IMG/VR virus record: IMGVR_UViG_3300029922_000039
Source of the DNA: a virus
Strand: one strand, 5' to 3'
DNA: 64,000 nt
In this document: piece by piece, positions 35,198-44,468 of the stretch
How the letters are laid out: every line of letters begins with the position of its first letter
Position numbering within the stretch: the first letter of the stretch is position 1
Translations under genes and position numbers: made by a program
The notes under the pieces: model-generated
What the model saw: the letters and a program-made list of their open reading frames with translations, nothing else
Told to the model about the DNA's origin: nothing
Databases searched by the model: none

Positions 35198-35226
35198 ACT
35201 GTACGCTTGCAGAGATAATATTGCAA
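35198..35226 (-). promoter_or_regulatory. candidate internal promoter of the virion operon
   Basis: Minus strand: TTGCAA (35226-21), 17 nt, TACAGT (35203-35198). Two ACGCTTGCA copies (35186-95 and 35203-12) overlap the spacer and the +1 region. Confidence 0.4.
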
Positions 35227-35231
35227 CCGTT

Positions 35232-35453
35232 TTACGCTCCAGCGGTCTGCGCTTCCCGAACAGGACGGAGGTGGGTCTTGGGGCTGTAATCCTCGTCTCG
35301 GCTCGACAGGCGATGAATGGTGTAGTTCTCTTCGCCGTGAAACTCCAAAAACAGTTCCAGGCATCGGGAGCACATGGGATGCTGGTTCACCAAATACACC
35401 GCAACCCGTTTCTTGCTTTTGCACCCTCTCCCATCGCATAGCCTAAGAGCCAC
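35232..35453 (-). CDS. small zinc-finger protein (73 aa)
   Basis: GTG 35453 with GGAGG 7 nt upstream, just after the stop of the 1354-aa gene. CDGRGC...CSRC. Confidence 0.45.
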   Translation of the reverse strand: MALRLCDGRGCKSKKRVAVYLVNQHPMCSRCLELFLEFHGEENYTIHRLSSRDEDYSPKTHLRPVREAQTAGA

Positions 35454-35455
35454 CG

Positions 35456-38400
35456 TCAAACCTCCAACTCTTTGATCTTGTATGAGTCGCCGGCGTTTAT
35501 CGTCTTCCATTCGATACGCGGCTTCTCCCACATCTGAAACTGAGTGCCATCGGAATCATTCAAGGTGTTCAGGATGATCCTCCACGTTCTGCAAGTAAAC
35601 GCGGTGGTCCCATTATTCACGTTTCCAAACCTTACGCGCATCACGTATCTCTGTGTCTGCGCAGGAAGAGCGAACGTGAAGTACGGAATAGGACTATTGT
35701 CTGCGTACAGACTGCCCGTTATTGGGTAGGTTGATGTGTAATCGAACCACCCCTGCTTGACGAACTTGTCAGTATCCGTACCAAATTTAATAAAATACGA
35801 ATCGATACTCGCGCTATACTCCGCAAGGAGTGCAGCGTAGATGTCGTCCTGATATAAGATCGGGGCGGTCGTGACGGATATGGAGTGCTGAATGGACGCG
35901 CGATACGCCTGTTCTCCCATGCCGTTATTGACGAACAGTTCAACCTTCTGGCGTGTCGTGTTGTTGACCACACTCAGCGGCAGGGATATTGTTCCGTCCT
36001 CAAATAACAGGGTCGAGGACATATTCTGTCCCTTCGTATTCACATCAACCTCGAACTCATTCCACTGCTTTGGGAGGTGCGGTTTGCCGAGGTCGTGATA
36101 CGGCGTCTGGATGGTCACGGTGATCGGCGTCTGCACGAGCGCGCCGGATACCCATCCACCATCGTCGTAGTCTCCCACTTGGTCCTGCACGATAGCGTAC
36201 TGACCGACGCCCATCTGCTTGCCAACGAGGAGGGTGTTGATGTCCTTCTCCCAGAGCATCGCGGTGGCCGGCACATCATCGTACCGGAACCTACCGTACC
36301 GAGAATCCCAGACCATGCGGTAACGCTGGCCGCTGAGGGAGATGTACGAGTCAATGATCTGGTTGTTGTAGTAGCACATCACGTCCTGCGAAGCCTGGGA
36401 GATGTCGGCCTGCGGAACGATGCAGAGCGGATTATTCTGGAATACCCACTCGACCATCAAGGTCTTGTAAACGCCATCGGCTCCAGTGAACTCGCGCCAT
36501 CCGTCAGTCGAGCGGTAGGACACCGCTCCCTCGACCACGCACCAGCCGCCCTGCGCAATGATGCCGTGGACCGATCCGGTAGGCTGCGCGTAGGGCTGGG
36601 CGCCGCCCACAATGATGAACCACGACTTCAGCGTGCCGACAATCAGCGTGCCGCGCCAGTTGATGACCGCATTGATCGGATCGTCCGGCGTCGAGACGGG
36701 AATGTAATTCTGGGGGCCAAAACTCTCCGGCTGGCCCTTCTTAGAGAAGTAGAGGTAGTGCGGGTTGTTCTTGTCGCCAGCCAGCCATGTCTGGTTATAG
36801 GCCAGAGCGCACAGATTACACGCCTGCCGCGGCACGGCATACACATTCACAGGTTCGCCTTGATTGTGTTGCAGGCGAAGAATGGCCGTGAATGTCCCGA
36901 CCCCTCCAGTGACGACATAGATCTCTTCTAGGTTCGAAGCGTTACCAACAATGACAACTTGGTTCGGCACGAACACAGCACTAGCCTGGACCACAGTCAC
37001 AGTCTGAGGGTAAAACGTACTGTAGATGGAATTCAGGCCTACGGCCGTAGTCCCCGCCAGTAGCGCTGTTTGAATCGGGTTCACCAGTGAGGACGTAACA
37101 GGCGGGTCATTGTCCAAGATAAGCGGCTGCGCTTGCTCTACATACGAATCAGCAATCACGTCTTTCAGTATGAACTGACCGCCACCTGTCAGGTTCGGAG
37201 ACTGGATAACCTGCACCCAGTTTGAAGATAGAATTCCACCACGCCGATAGATGCGGAGGTGTGTAACTTGTGGATCATTCGAGTATTGCCCCACAATCTG
37301 AGCGGCCTGCCTAAGATAGATCGGAGCTTTTGTAGATGAGAGGTACCCGTAATCTTCATTGAACGCCTGAATTGATGTGGGATTGGATTCAGTCCCAGTA
37401 TTCGCGTTGTAGTAGGTCTGACGGTAGTCGTAGCCCACTCCGGCGAACGACGAAGGTCCGTACCCCCATTGAAGGTAGAGCCCATTTACTTGGAATGTCA
37501 CCGTCCCGAGCGAGTTGGTCGTCACAGCTAACTGCCACCCGGTAACGTTCGACCAGTCGAGACCAGGCTCCCCGGCCTGCCCCACTGGGAGAAAATTCCC
37601 CCTCGGTATATAGCATGACCGCCATGATCCAGATCCAGTCGAAAGCACTGTCGGCTGCAATTGGGCCGACGTCGTTCCTGGGGGTTGGCCAGTAATTAGG
37701 CCCAGCGTATCGGCTAAAATCTGGTTCTCAGTCGCCTGGTATGCTGACACGTTGCCACTCACCGCGCCTTGGTAATAGGCTGGAGATATAGGGGCTTGGT
37801 AGTAATTGTTCGTTCCAGAACCGACGAAGAACTGCAATTCTATCTGTGAGATGTTTGCTGGGGTGGACACAAGAAGTGTTATTACAATGAGGTCGGCGTC
37901 TGTCACCTGATTGCTTTGGTTTAGATCCATCGACACGGTTTTGGAAACTGTCCCCGTAGTACTTGCCGCGACGGTTCCCCCGCGATATGAAACAGGTAAA
38001 GAAGTCGTTGTCGGAGGGACATACTGATAGAACCCATATGCTGAAACTTGCTGCGGGTACGGAAGATTATACTGATCGCTAAGAACGCAAGCCGATGGAG
38101 CCGCCGCTCCTCCATATACAAATCCTCCCGTAGCTCCAATTTGATCCACTGACAAAAACGCCACAGTGAACGTAGTGGATGTAGGAGTTGCTATGACCGC
38201 ATAGAATCCATCTATAAGGTCATTCGATGAGGAATATATCGAAATCATACTTCCGGAAGACAATCCATGCGCTGACTGAGTTGTCACCAGAAGTTGCGTA
38301 TACCTACCACCTGAAAGGCTGGACGATACGGAGCTTACTATCGGGATGCTGATGCTTGTGTTTGAGTTCAGAATTGCAATCATTCCATTCTGAACTGCGC

Positions 38401-39520
38401 TAAAAAACGGAGGAGCTACAGTTAGGAATATATTTGTTATGTTTCCTGTTGTGGTAGACGAACTGCCCGAGGAAACTACGTAAGATGTGCAAACTATCCT
38501 GGTCTGTATGGTATTGATGTTAGCTACAGAAACTACCACGAAGGCGTTCTGCGGAGGTATAACGGCGCTCGAATAAGAGTCAAATTCATATAGATAGTTC
38601 CATGTGACTCCAGAGTCTATGCTGTACTGAAAATCTATTTCTCCGTTTGCCGATCCTCCGGTAATCGATATCGATCCATTTATGGCAACGTTGAGCGTTA
38701 CCACATCTCCCGGGGGCGGTACAATTGACGGGAATCCAGAATTCGCAGGAGATGTGACTACCTTTGTACCCTTCACCCCCTGTGACGATGTTGCCGTATT
38801 CGTGGTAGTCGATGGATTGTAAGTGGATCCGCTAGCCGCCGAGGGATAGAACTGGCTGAAATCAGTGACCATGTTTCCAGCAACTACAGTCAAAGTCTCA
38901 TACGAGCTCCACGCCCACCCAGTAACATTCGCTGTAGTGTAGGTGTTCGACGACGCGAAACTATCGATCATGATAAGTAGAGGGGCATATGGCGTAACGT
39001 TGAGAGTGTACGGCGACGGGTCAATGCCTGTAAGTTGGGGAGATCCTGTTCCCTGGTCCTTAATGCTGGCGTTCTGATCGTACATGAACAGAAATGGCTG
39101 GCTCGTCTCAAAACAGCTATTGACTAAGGATCCAAACGGTTGCCCGGAAAGAGTCACAGGCGTTCCGTACCATGTGTTCGGAAGGGTCAACTCAGTGTAC
39201 GCGCCCTGCGCATTCCCGGCCCGGCGCCACAAAGATCCGTCGCCGAGGCCAGCATACCGCCATGCGTTGCTCTGGTAGTTCATGCGGGACAGAGACGTGA
39301 CTGGGGACGAAAAGTAGTGGTTAGATGTGCCAACACCTATGGCATCGCGATTCACTACCTGCGTTCCATACCTGCTGCTGGTGCTATTTTCTTCTCGTTC
39401 ATAGACATTGAGATAGTCAATATAGGTATATTCTGGGCACTGATCGTACACGTTTCTTGCAACCAGGCCGCGCGACTTGTATACCAGCGATACGGGTTTG
39501 TAGTCGGTGTCTTGTGACAT
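35456..39520 (-). CDS. large tail/baseplate-like structural protein (1354 aa)
   Basis: Track ORF in the tail region. S/T/N-rich beta-type composition. No enzymatic motif recognised. Confidence 0.6.
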   Translation of the reverse strand: MSQDTDYKPVSLVYKSRGLVARNVYDQCPEYTYIDYLNVYEREENSTSSRYGTQVVNRDAIGVGTSNHYFSSPVTSLSRMNYQSNAWRYAGLGDGSLWRRAGNAQGAYTELTLPNTWYGTPVTLSGQPFGSLVNSCFETSQPFLFMYDQNASIKDQGTGSPQLTGIDPSPYTLNVTPYAPLLIMIDSFASSNTYTTANVTGWAWSSYETLTVVAGNMVTDFSQFYPSAASGSTYNPSTTTNTATSSQGVKGTKVVTSPANSGFPSIVPPPGDVVTLNVAINGSISITGGSANGEIDFQYSIDSGVTWNYLYEFDSYSSAVIPPQNAFVVVSVANINTIQTRIVCTSYVVSSGSSSTTTGNITNIFLTVAPPFFSAVQNGMIAILNSNTSISIPIVSSVSSSLSGGRYTQLLVTTQSAHGLSSGSMISIYSSSNDLIDGFYAVIATPTSTTFTVAFLSVDQIGATGGFVYGGAAAPSACVLSDQYNLPYPQQVSAYGFYQYVPPTTTSLPVSYRGGTVAASTTGTVSKTVSMDLNQSNQVTDADLIVITLLVSTPANISQIELQFFVGSGTNNYYQAPISPAYYQGAVSGNVSAYQATENQILADTLGLITGQPPGTTSAQLQPTVLSTGSGSWRSCYIPRGNFLPVGQAGEPGLDWSNVTGWQLAVTTNSLGTVTFQVNGLYLQWGYGPSSFAGVGYDYRQTYYNANTGTESNPTSIQAFNEDYGYLSSTKAPIYLRQAAQIVGQYSNDPQVTHLRIYRRGGILSSNWVQVIQSPNLTGGGQFILKDVIADSYVEQAQPLILDNDPPVTSSLVNPIQTALLAGTTAVGLNSIYSTFYPQTVTVVQASAVFVPNQVVIVGNASNLEEIYVVTGGVGTFTAILRLQHNQGEPVNVYAVPRQACNLCALAYNQTWLAGDKNNPHYLYFSKKGQPESFGPQNYIPVSTPDDPINAVINWRGTLIVGTLKSWFIIVGGAQPYAQPTGSVHGIIAQGGWCVVEGAVSYRSTDGWREFTGADGVYKTLMVEWVFQNNPLCIVPQADISQASQDVMCYYNNQIIDSYISLSGQRYRMVWDSRYGRFRYDDVPATAMLWEKDINTLLVGKQMGVGQYAIVQDQVGDYDDGGWVSGALVQTPITVTIQTPYHDLGKPHLPKQWNEFEVDVNTKGQNMSSTLLFEDGTISLPLSVVNNTTRQKVELFVNNGMGEQAYRASIQHSISVTTAPILYQDDIYAALLAEYSASIDSYFIKFGTDTDKFVKQGWFDYTSTYPITGSLYADNSPIPYFTFALPAQTQRYVMRVRFGNVNNGTTAFTCRTWRIILNTLNDSDGTQFQMWEKPRIEWKTINAGDSYKIKELEV

Positions 39521-39574
39521 TGCACCCTGCCAGAGTCAGAATATGAGACCTTGCCTTCCATTCTACACAAGCGT

Positions 39575-40087
39575 TTAGGTCGGAGCGACGTACGCCGTAA
39601 TCAATCCCCCGACGAAGGTAAGCGATCCGTTCGCGCCGCCTCCGGTGAGTTTGATCAAAGTCACTGTTCCGCTTACCCCGGTCGCCAGTGTTGCCTGAAT
39701 TGCTGCCAAGGCCCCGCTTAGAGAGTTCTGGTTTAACTGAAGCGAAGATAGACCTTTGAGGGCATGAGACCCGCCCAGGTCTAAGTCGGGTCCGATTGCG
39801 GACGCTCCGTACTGAGACTGTGCATGACCAGCCGAAATGGCGTCAGTCGGTCCTGTAGGTGATGCCAGCCCGGTCACGGTAGATCCGGCAACGTTCACGC
39901 CTGACGGGAGAACCGTGGCCCCACCTGCGCCCTGTAGGGCCTGCACTGCGCCGATGAGTTGGTTCATTGTCACATTGAATCGGTTGGTGTTCGTCGAGAA
40001 GTCCTCAGATGTGAACTGGACGCGCTGAATTGGTATCGGCGTGGCTGCGGGAGTGACGGAAGCGGCATTGGGGCGGGAGGTGGACAT
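39575..40087 (-). CDS. tail-fibre-associated protein (170 aa)
   Basis: Track ORF. G/A/S/T-rich, and it abuts the upstream gene. Confidence 0.5.
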   Translation of the reverse strand: MSTSRPNAASVTPAATPIPIQRVQFTSEDFSTNTNRFNVTMNQLIGAVQALQGAGGATVLPSGVNVAGSTVTGLASPTGPTDAISAGHAQSQYGASAIGPDLDLGGSHALKGLSSLQLNQNSLSGALAAIQATLATGVSGTVTLIKLTGGGANGSLTFVGGLITAYVAPT

Positions 40088-41245
40088 TTACTTGCTCCCC
40101 ATCTTCATCGCTTGGATGTACCGCTGAGTCGCCATGACAACTTGAGCATAGCGCTTGAGGCAGAATTCTGCCATCTGCGGCTGAGAGGCCACACCGTCCT
40201 TGCTCCAAATATACGAAAGGGCTAGGTAGCGTACCCCATGCAGGCAAACATCCGGCACGAGAAACCCGTCCATCATTCCCAACGTGTCAGAATCTCGCAC
40301 GGCACAAAGTAGCTCTACAGGAAAGTTCGACGACGGAAGCCCGCCCACTCCCCATCGATACAGCCCGGCGCGGTCCTCGAACCAACTCTGCAACGGGCCG
40401 ACGTAGTTCACCTGCCAGTTCCGGTTGGCCATGGCCAGTTCCTGCTGCGTCGTCTCGTACAGTCTCAACATAGACTGGACAGTGCCACCTGTGGCCGTAG
40501 CATCTGGGCCAGCTTGGGGATAGGTGATCGAACTCCCGCCTCCGTATCCTCCTCCACCGTATCCGCCGCCGCCAAAGCCAGAACCGACGCTGGAAGTGGA
40601 AACCGCGAAGACGCCGAGGAATGACGTGTCCGTCAAATCGCCGCTGGTGTTGGCTACTGCGAACGTTCCGTACTGCGACAGCCCCGTCGGACCCACCGCG
40701 GTCAGCGTGACCACGTTGTTCATCCGCGTCATGGTCGTAATCGGAATATTAAGGAAGGATGCCGCGATGCGATCGATCAAAATCGCCGTAGGAGGGGTCG
40801 CCTGATAGATCATCCCCAGGTTAACGTCCTGGAAGAACCGTTCATAAAAGCACGGCACAGCCGTCAGAAATTCGTTCTGCGCCCTCGATAGATACGAAAG
40901 CATCTCTGACTGCGTGAAGATAGGATCGGTCGCCTGTTGAGTCGGGAAAGTGGCTCCCCATACCGGCGCAGCGGCAAGGTGGCTGTTGGAGAAATTGGCT
41001 GTGAAGGTCGTGGGCGTTGGCACCGTCAGAACTGTGACTACTTCCTGCGCGGTATTGCCCGGCAACTCCACGATGAGCAGCGCGCCAGGATACATCGCGT
41101 AGGTATTCGATACCGTGGCGGTTACACCGGCGCCAGCAGTAACAGGAGAGGAAAGGCTCGTGTAGACGCACGGCTGGGCAAGGTGCATCGATATCTCGAA
41201 AAGCACGTCTCCGGCCGTTCTGTATCCTACGCCGACTGTAGCCAT
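40088..41245 (-). CDS. structural protein (385 aa) with GGGYGGGGYGGG tract
   Basis: Track ORF. Confidence 0.55.
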   Translation of the reverse strand: MATVGVGYRTAGDVLFEISMHLAQPCVYTSLSSPVTAGAGVTATVSNTYAMYPGALLIVELPGNTAQEVVTVLTVPTPTTFTANFSNSHLAAAPVWGATFPTQQATDPIFTQSEMLSYLSRAQNEFLTAVPCFYERFFQDVNLGMIYQATPPTAILIDRIAASFLNIPITTMTRMNNVVTLTAVGPTGLSQYGTFAVANTSGDLTDTSFLGVFAVSTSSVGSGFGGGGYGGGGYGGGSSITYPQAGPDATATGGTVQSMLRLYETTQQELAMANRNWQVNYVGPLQSWFEDRAGLYRWGVGGLPSSNFPVELLCAVRDSDTLGMMDGFLVPDVCLHGVRYLALSYIWSKDGVASQPQMAEFCLKRYAQVVMATQRYIQAMKMGSK

Positions 41246-41252
41246 ATTCTCC

Positions 41253-44087
41253 TCACGGAATCCAAGTGCAGAACGTTCCCGGCTCGATCAGTAGGGCATC
41301 AGACGTATTGCTGGTCTGGCCGTAAAGCGTAACCGTATTCGCCGCAGCGGTGAAACTAGCGGTCACATAGATGTCAGTCACGTAGGCAGTCGCTGTCCCT
41401 GCGGGGGTCAAGAACCCAGTGGCATCGGTCGTAGTAATCGTGGTGGTATCGGTCGTTCCTGTTCCGAAAGGAACGGATGTTGTTCCGGGGTAACTGACCG
41501 AGGTCAGAGAAAGGTGTGTCGGCGCTACGCTTGTCCCGATGCCAAACTTAACTGTGGCGATGCCGGTAGCCTGTTCCCAAGAGACATGGCACTGACCACG
41601 ATACAACCGGGATGCTGTGGCATAGGTCGGAGGAAATGCGATTCCAGTTGTCGTGTAAGTCAAGGTTGCAATGGAAGTGGCACTTGTACCTGTGAGCTGG
41701 TTACCGTTCACTGAGTAGAGTGGCTCGGTGGTAACTACGTCAATTCCTAAGTCAGTGATCGACGAAGCCACAAGGGCCCCTCCGGTGGACGCTTTTGGTA
41801 TCGCACTCGAACCAACGGCACCTTGCCAATAGGGACCAGTGTAGTTGGGCTGAAGTAGCACAAGTGGAAGCGTGGTGCTGATTGTCGGCAACGAAGAACC
41901 GTCAGGGTACGAACCATACGTCGGCGTGGAGGCAGCTTGCACTACACGCCCAATGCCAAGCCCGCTTGAACACACAGACCCAGCGGTAACCCCGGTAACT
42001 TTTCCCGCTGTCCCGCTCGCACACACAACCTGCCCAACTGCTACCGCTGCGGTTGCGTTGATGGGTACAATGCTAAACCCCATGGCCACCATTACGGGGG
42101 TTCCATTAGTCGCCGTCGAAGTAGCTACACCAACGAAATTGTAAGGGATGGCCGAAGTGCAATCCGCAACCGTCATGGTTGTGGTACTCGTGTAGCATTG
42201 AAGAGTCCATGCAGTGGATCCGCCCGAAGTGAATGTCTGCCACTCTTCAAACAATCCGGGCGTAGGGCCAGACCCCGGCCCAATACCTGCATTACCTCCG
42301 CCGCCAGTCCCAGAGTTATTTGCGCCGCGCACCGTGATTCCACCTAGGACAGAGGAACTGGATGCATCCTGGCCACCTTGGACGAGTACGTTTGTCGTGG
42401 AGGCCGATCCTTGCACCCCATTTGCCGTACCACCTGTTGCGCATCCCGTAGTTGTTAATGCCCCTCCGGTTCCATTTGGGCAGATCGGCGATGTGCTAGA
42501 CGCAACTGTGGTCAGTGAGAAGTGTCCCGTAGCATCGAACCCTCCAAAGTCTACCGAGGGCAACCCTCCTGCCGTCAGGTTCCCACTTCCAAAATGAAGC
42601 GTGTCCGATGCTCCTACGGCAACCCAACCCGCTCCGGTCGTGTACAGGATCTTGGTTCCATCCGTTGCGTCGAGAGCCGGGCCTACTCCGTTCGCTTGCC
42701 ACATCCCTCCGCTGAATTGGTGGGTTGTCCAAGTGTTTTGTGTCGAGAGCAATGGAACTTTGATTCCCGATGTTCCAATAGAGTTTCCTGCCGTCAAATC
42801 TCCAATTCCAGTCGATCCGGTAGTCCACATCTGCACGAGTGGGAGAGTGGTACTTAGTGCAGCACTTGATCCATCTGCTAAGGTCAATTGACCGGATACT
42901 GCAATCACCTGCCCGACCGTAATTCCAGTGGTGCAAGCTCCCTGTCCTCCACTATCCGTTACCATGCTCTGCGTTGTTCCTGCGCAAACGGTATGCCCCA
43001 AGGTGACTGCCGCACTTGCTTGAATAGGACTCATTGAAGGAGGCGTATGAACTTGTACGAATGATCCAGAGTGAAAGTCCTCCACTCCAAGAAAGTTGGA
43101 CGGACTCGCAGAGCATTGATCGGCCACTTGGGGAAGCGTCAAAGATGCACAGACTAAGCCCCACTGCATGAAGGAACCCGTTCCCTCGGTGAATGCTTGG
43201 CCAAAGATCAAAACTCCTTGCTGGCCACCCGCCGTGCTGAATCCAGGTTCAATCTCTACGCTTCCAGACTGTGATGTAGTTGTCGTCGAACTATTGTCAC
43301 CGCCTCGGATATACGCTCCACCAGCATCTCCTGATCCTGTCGATCCTGTGTTGTTCGCCCCGCGCACGACAACCCCGCCGAGATTGCTAGAACCCGCAGC
43401 GGAGTCTTGGCCCCCAGAATACGTAAGTGCCGTAGTTGCTCCAACGGCGGAATTCATGAGGTTCGCCGATGGAGTATTAAAATAGGCAGTCTGCCACGCC
43501 GAACCATTGGACACCGCAACACCGGCAGGAGGATAGACCTGCGTGAAAGCGTACTGTGGGATGTTCAATACCCCGCCCGAGTAGGTCGCGGCTCCGCTCG
43601 TCCCGGTCGTGGTAAGCGTCCATACCGGAGATGCCCCGATGGAGTTGTAGCTGATCGTCACGCCGACACCGCCGTTGAACGTGGATCCGCTGGCCGCACC
43701 AGATCCGCTGTTGTTGATCGTCAGAGGAAAGGTCGTCGTACCCCCTCCACCGCCGCCTCCAGAGCACCCTAGTTGCGTCAGTGACCCACCAGGACCATTC
43801 GGACAGATCGATCCCGTCCCTGGGGCCAGGGAACTGATAACCAAGTTCGGGAACGTCTGCGTAGCCGTCCACGTATTCATCATGTTCAGCTTCGGCAAAG
43901 TAGCCGAGAACGTGTCGAGAATAGTGAAATTCATATTCATCGGCACGTTCCAGTTGAGGTAGTTGTAAGGCGGAAGCATCATATTCAGGTTAGGAGTGCA
44001 AGTGACTCCGTACCCCGGCGTACATGTCTGCGCTGCCGCCCCAAGGGATGACAGCGCAATAGCGACGAACAAGACGATCCGCTTCAC
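41253..44087 (-). CDS. fibre-like, Cys-rich repeat protein with N-terminal Sec-type signal peptide
   Basis: The track ORF starts at TTG 44099, but GGAGG (44097-93) followed 5 nt later by GTG 44087 is the likely start. N-terminus (M)KRIVLFVAIALSSLGAAAQ. Internal duplication. Confidence 0.6.
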   Translation of the reverse strand: MKRIVLFVAIALSSLGAAAQTCTPGYGVTCTPNLNMMLPPYNYLNWNVPMNMNFTILDTFSATLPKLNMMNTWTATQTFPNLVISSLAPGTGSICPNGPGGSLTQLGCSGGGGGGGTTTFPLTINNSGSGAASGSTFNGGVGVTISYNSIGASPVWTLTTTGTSGAATYSGGVLNIPQYAFTQVYPPAGVAVSNGSAWQTAYFNTPSANLMNSAVGATTALTYSGGQDSAAGSSNLGGVVVRGANNTGSTGSGDAGGAYIRGGDNSSTTTTSQSGSVEIEPGFSTAGGQQGVLIFGQAFTEGTGSFMQWGLVCASLTLPQVADQCSASPSNFLGVEDFHSGSFVQVHTPPSMSPIQASAAVTLGHTVCAGTTQSMVTDSGGQGACTTGITVGQVIAVSGQLTLADGSSAALSTTLPLVQMWTTGSTGIGDLTAGNSIGTSGIKVPLLSTQNTWTTHQFSGGMWQANGVGPALDATDGTKILYTTGAGWVAVGASDTLHFGSGNLTAGGLPSVDFGGFDATGHFSLTTVASSTSPICPNGTGGALTTTGCATGGTANGVQGSASTTNVLVQGGQDASSSSVLGGITVRGANNSGTGGGGNAGIGPGSGPTPGLFEEWQTFTSGGSTAWTLQCYTSTTTMTVADCTSAIPYNFVGVATSTATNGTPVMVAMGFSIVPINATAAVAVGQVVCASGTAGKVTGVTAGSVCSSGLGIGRVVQAASTPTYGSYPDGSSLPTISTTLPLVLLQPNYTGPYWQGAVGSSAIPKASTGGALVASSITDLGIDVVTTEPLYSVNGNQLTGTSATSIATLTYTTTGIAFPPTYATASRLYRGQCHVSWEQATGIATVKFGIGTSVAPTHLSLTSVSYPGTTSVPFGTGTTDTTTITTTDATGFLTPAGTATAYVTDIYVTASFTAAANTVTLYGQTSNTSDALLIEPGTFCTWIP
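41850..43847 (-). repeat. internal duplication within the fibre-like gene
   Basis: Shared blocks: ICPNG(P/T)GG.LT..GC..GG (aa 98-116 and 539-557), GGQD....S.LGG..VRGANN.G (aa 229-252 and 575-597), TTLPLV (aa 417-422 and 742-747). Confidence 0.6.
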
Positions 44088-44099
44088 TGGTGCCTCCAA

Positions 44100-44396
44100 T
44101 TAGGCCGTTACTGCTTCGGGAGTCTCATTCGAGACTGGCTCATCAGCCCAGTCCGCCGGGCGATTCACGCCGTAGGTACCTGTGCCTCCGCATGGAATAC
44201 ATGTTGACGACATAGATCCTGGGCCGCCGGCCATCTGCGCCACAAATGATCCCGTTCCATCACACGCCTTACAGGATGCAAGGAAGCCCCTGTTCTTGCA
44301 ATGAACGCACCCCTTGTCGCTGCCGATGATCGGGTTGTCTGCGATGCCGCAATGGCACTTCTTCGTCTCGCCGTGGAACTGCTGAATACTCGCCAT
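44100..44396 (-). CDS. stand-alone DnaJ-type zinc-finger (CxxCxGxG) protein
   Basis: 98 aa. CHCG, CVHCKNRG, CKACDGTG and CIPCGGTG are four Cys pairs, as in the DnaJ cysteine-rich domain. Confidence 0.55.
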   Translation of the reverse strand: MASIQQFHGETKKCHCGIADNPIIGSDKGCVHCKNRGFLASCKACDGTGSFVAQMAGGPGSMSSTCIPCGGTGTYGVNRPADWADEPVSNETPEAVTA

Positions 44397-44410
44397 GGGT
44401 TATCTCCTTC

Positions 44411-44445
44411 TGATATAATACTCTGAAGTGCGGCTAGGCCCGCAC
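44411..44445 (+). promoter_or_regulatory. extended -10 promoter and 5' hairpin of the homing-endonuclease gene
   Basis: TGATATAAT (44411-19), then hairpin GTGCGG/CCGCAC (44428-45), then GGAGGA and ATG 44469. Confidence 0.45.
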
Positions 44446-44468
44446 GAAATCCTTTCACGGAGGATTCC

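Noticed and set aside
39555-39566. AACGCTTGTG next to TAGAAT, upstream of the 1354-aa gene, considered as a seventh copy of the operator motif.
   Set aside because: It matches only 7 of 9 positions and lacks the TTGCA box. No workable -35/-10 spacing could be found.
35456-44099. A diversity-generating retroelement targeting the tail or fibre genes.
   Set aside because: The window contains no reverse transcriptase gene and no template-repeat/variable-repeat pair. The repeats seen are intragenic domain duplications.
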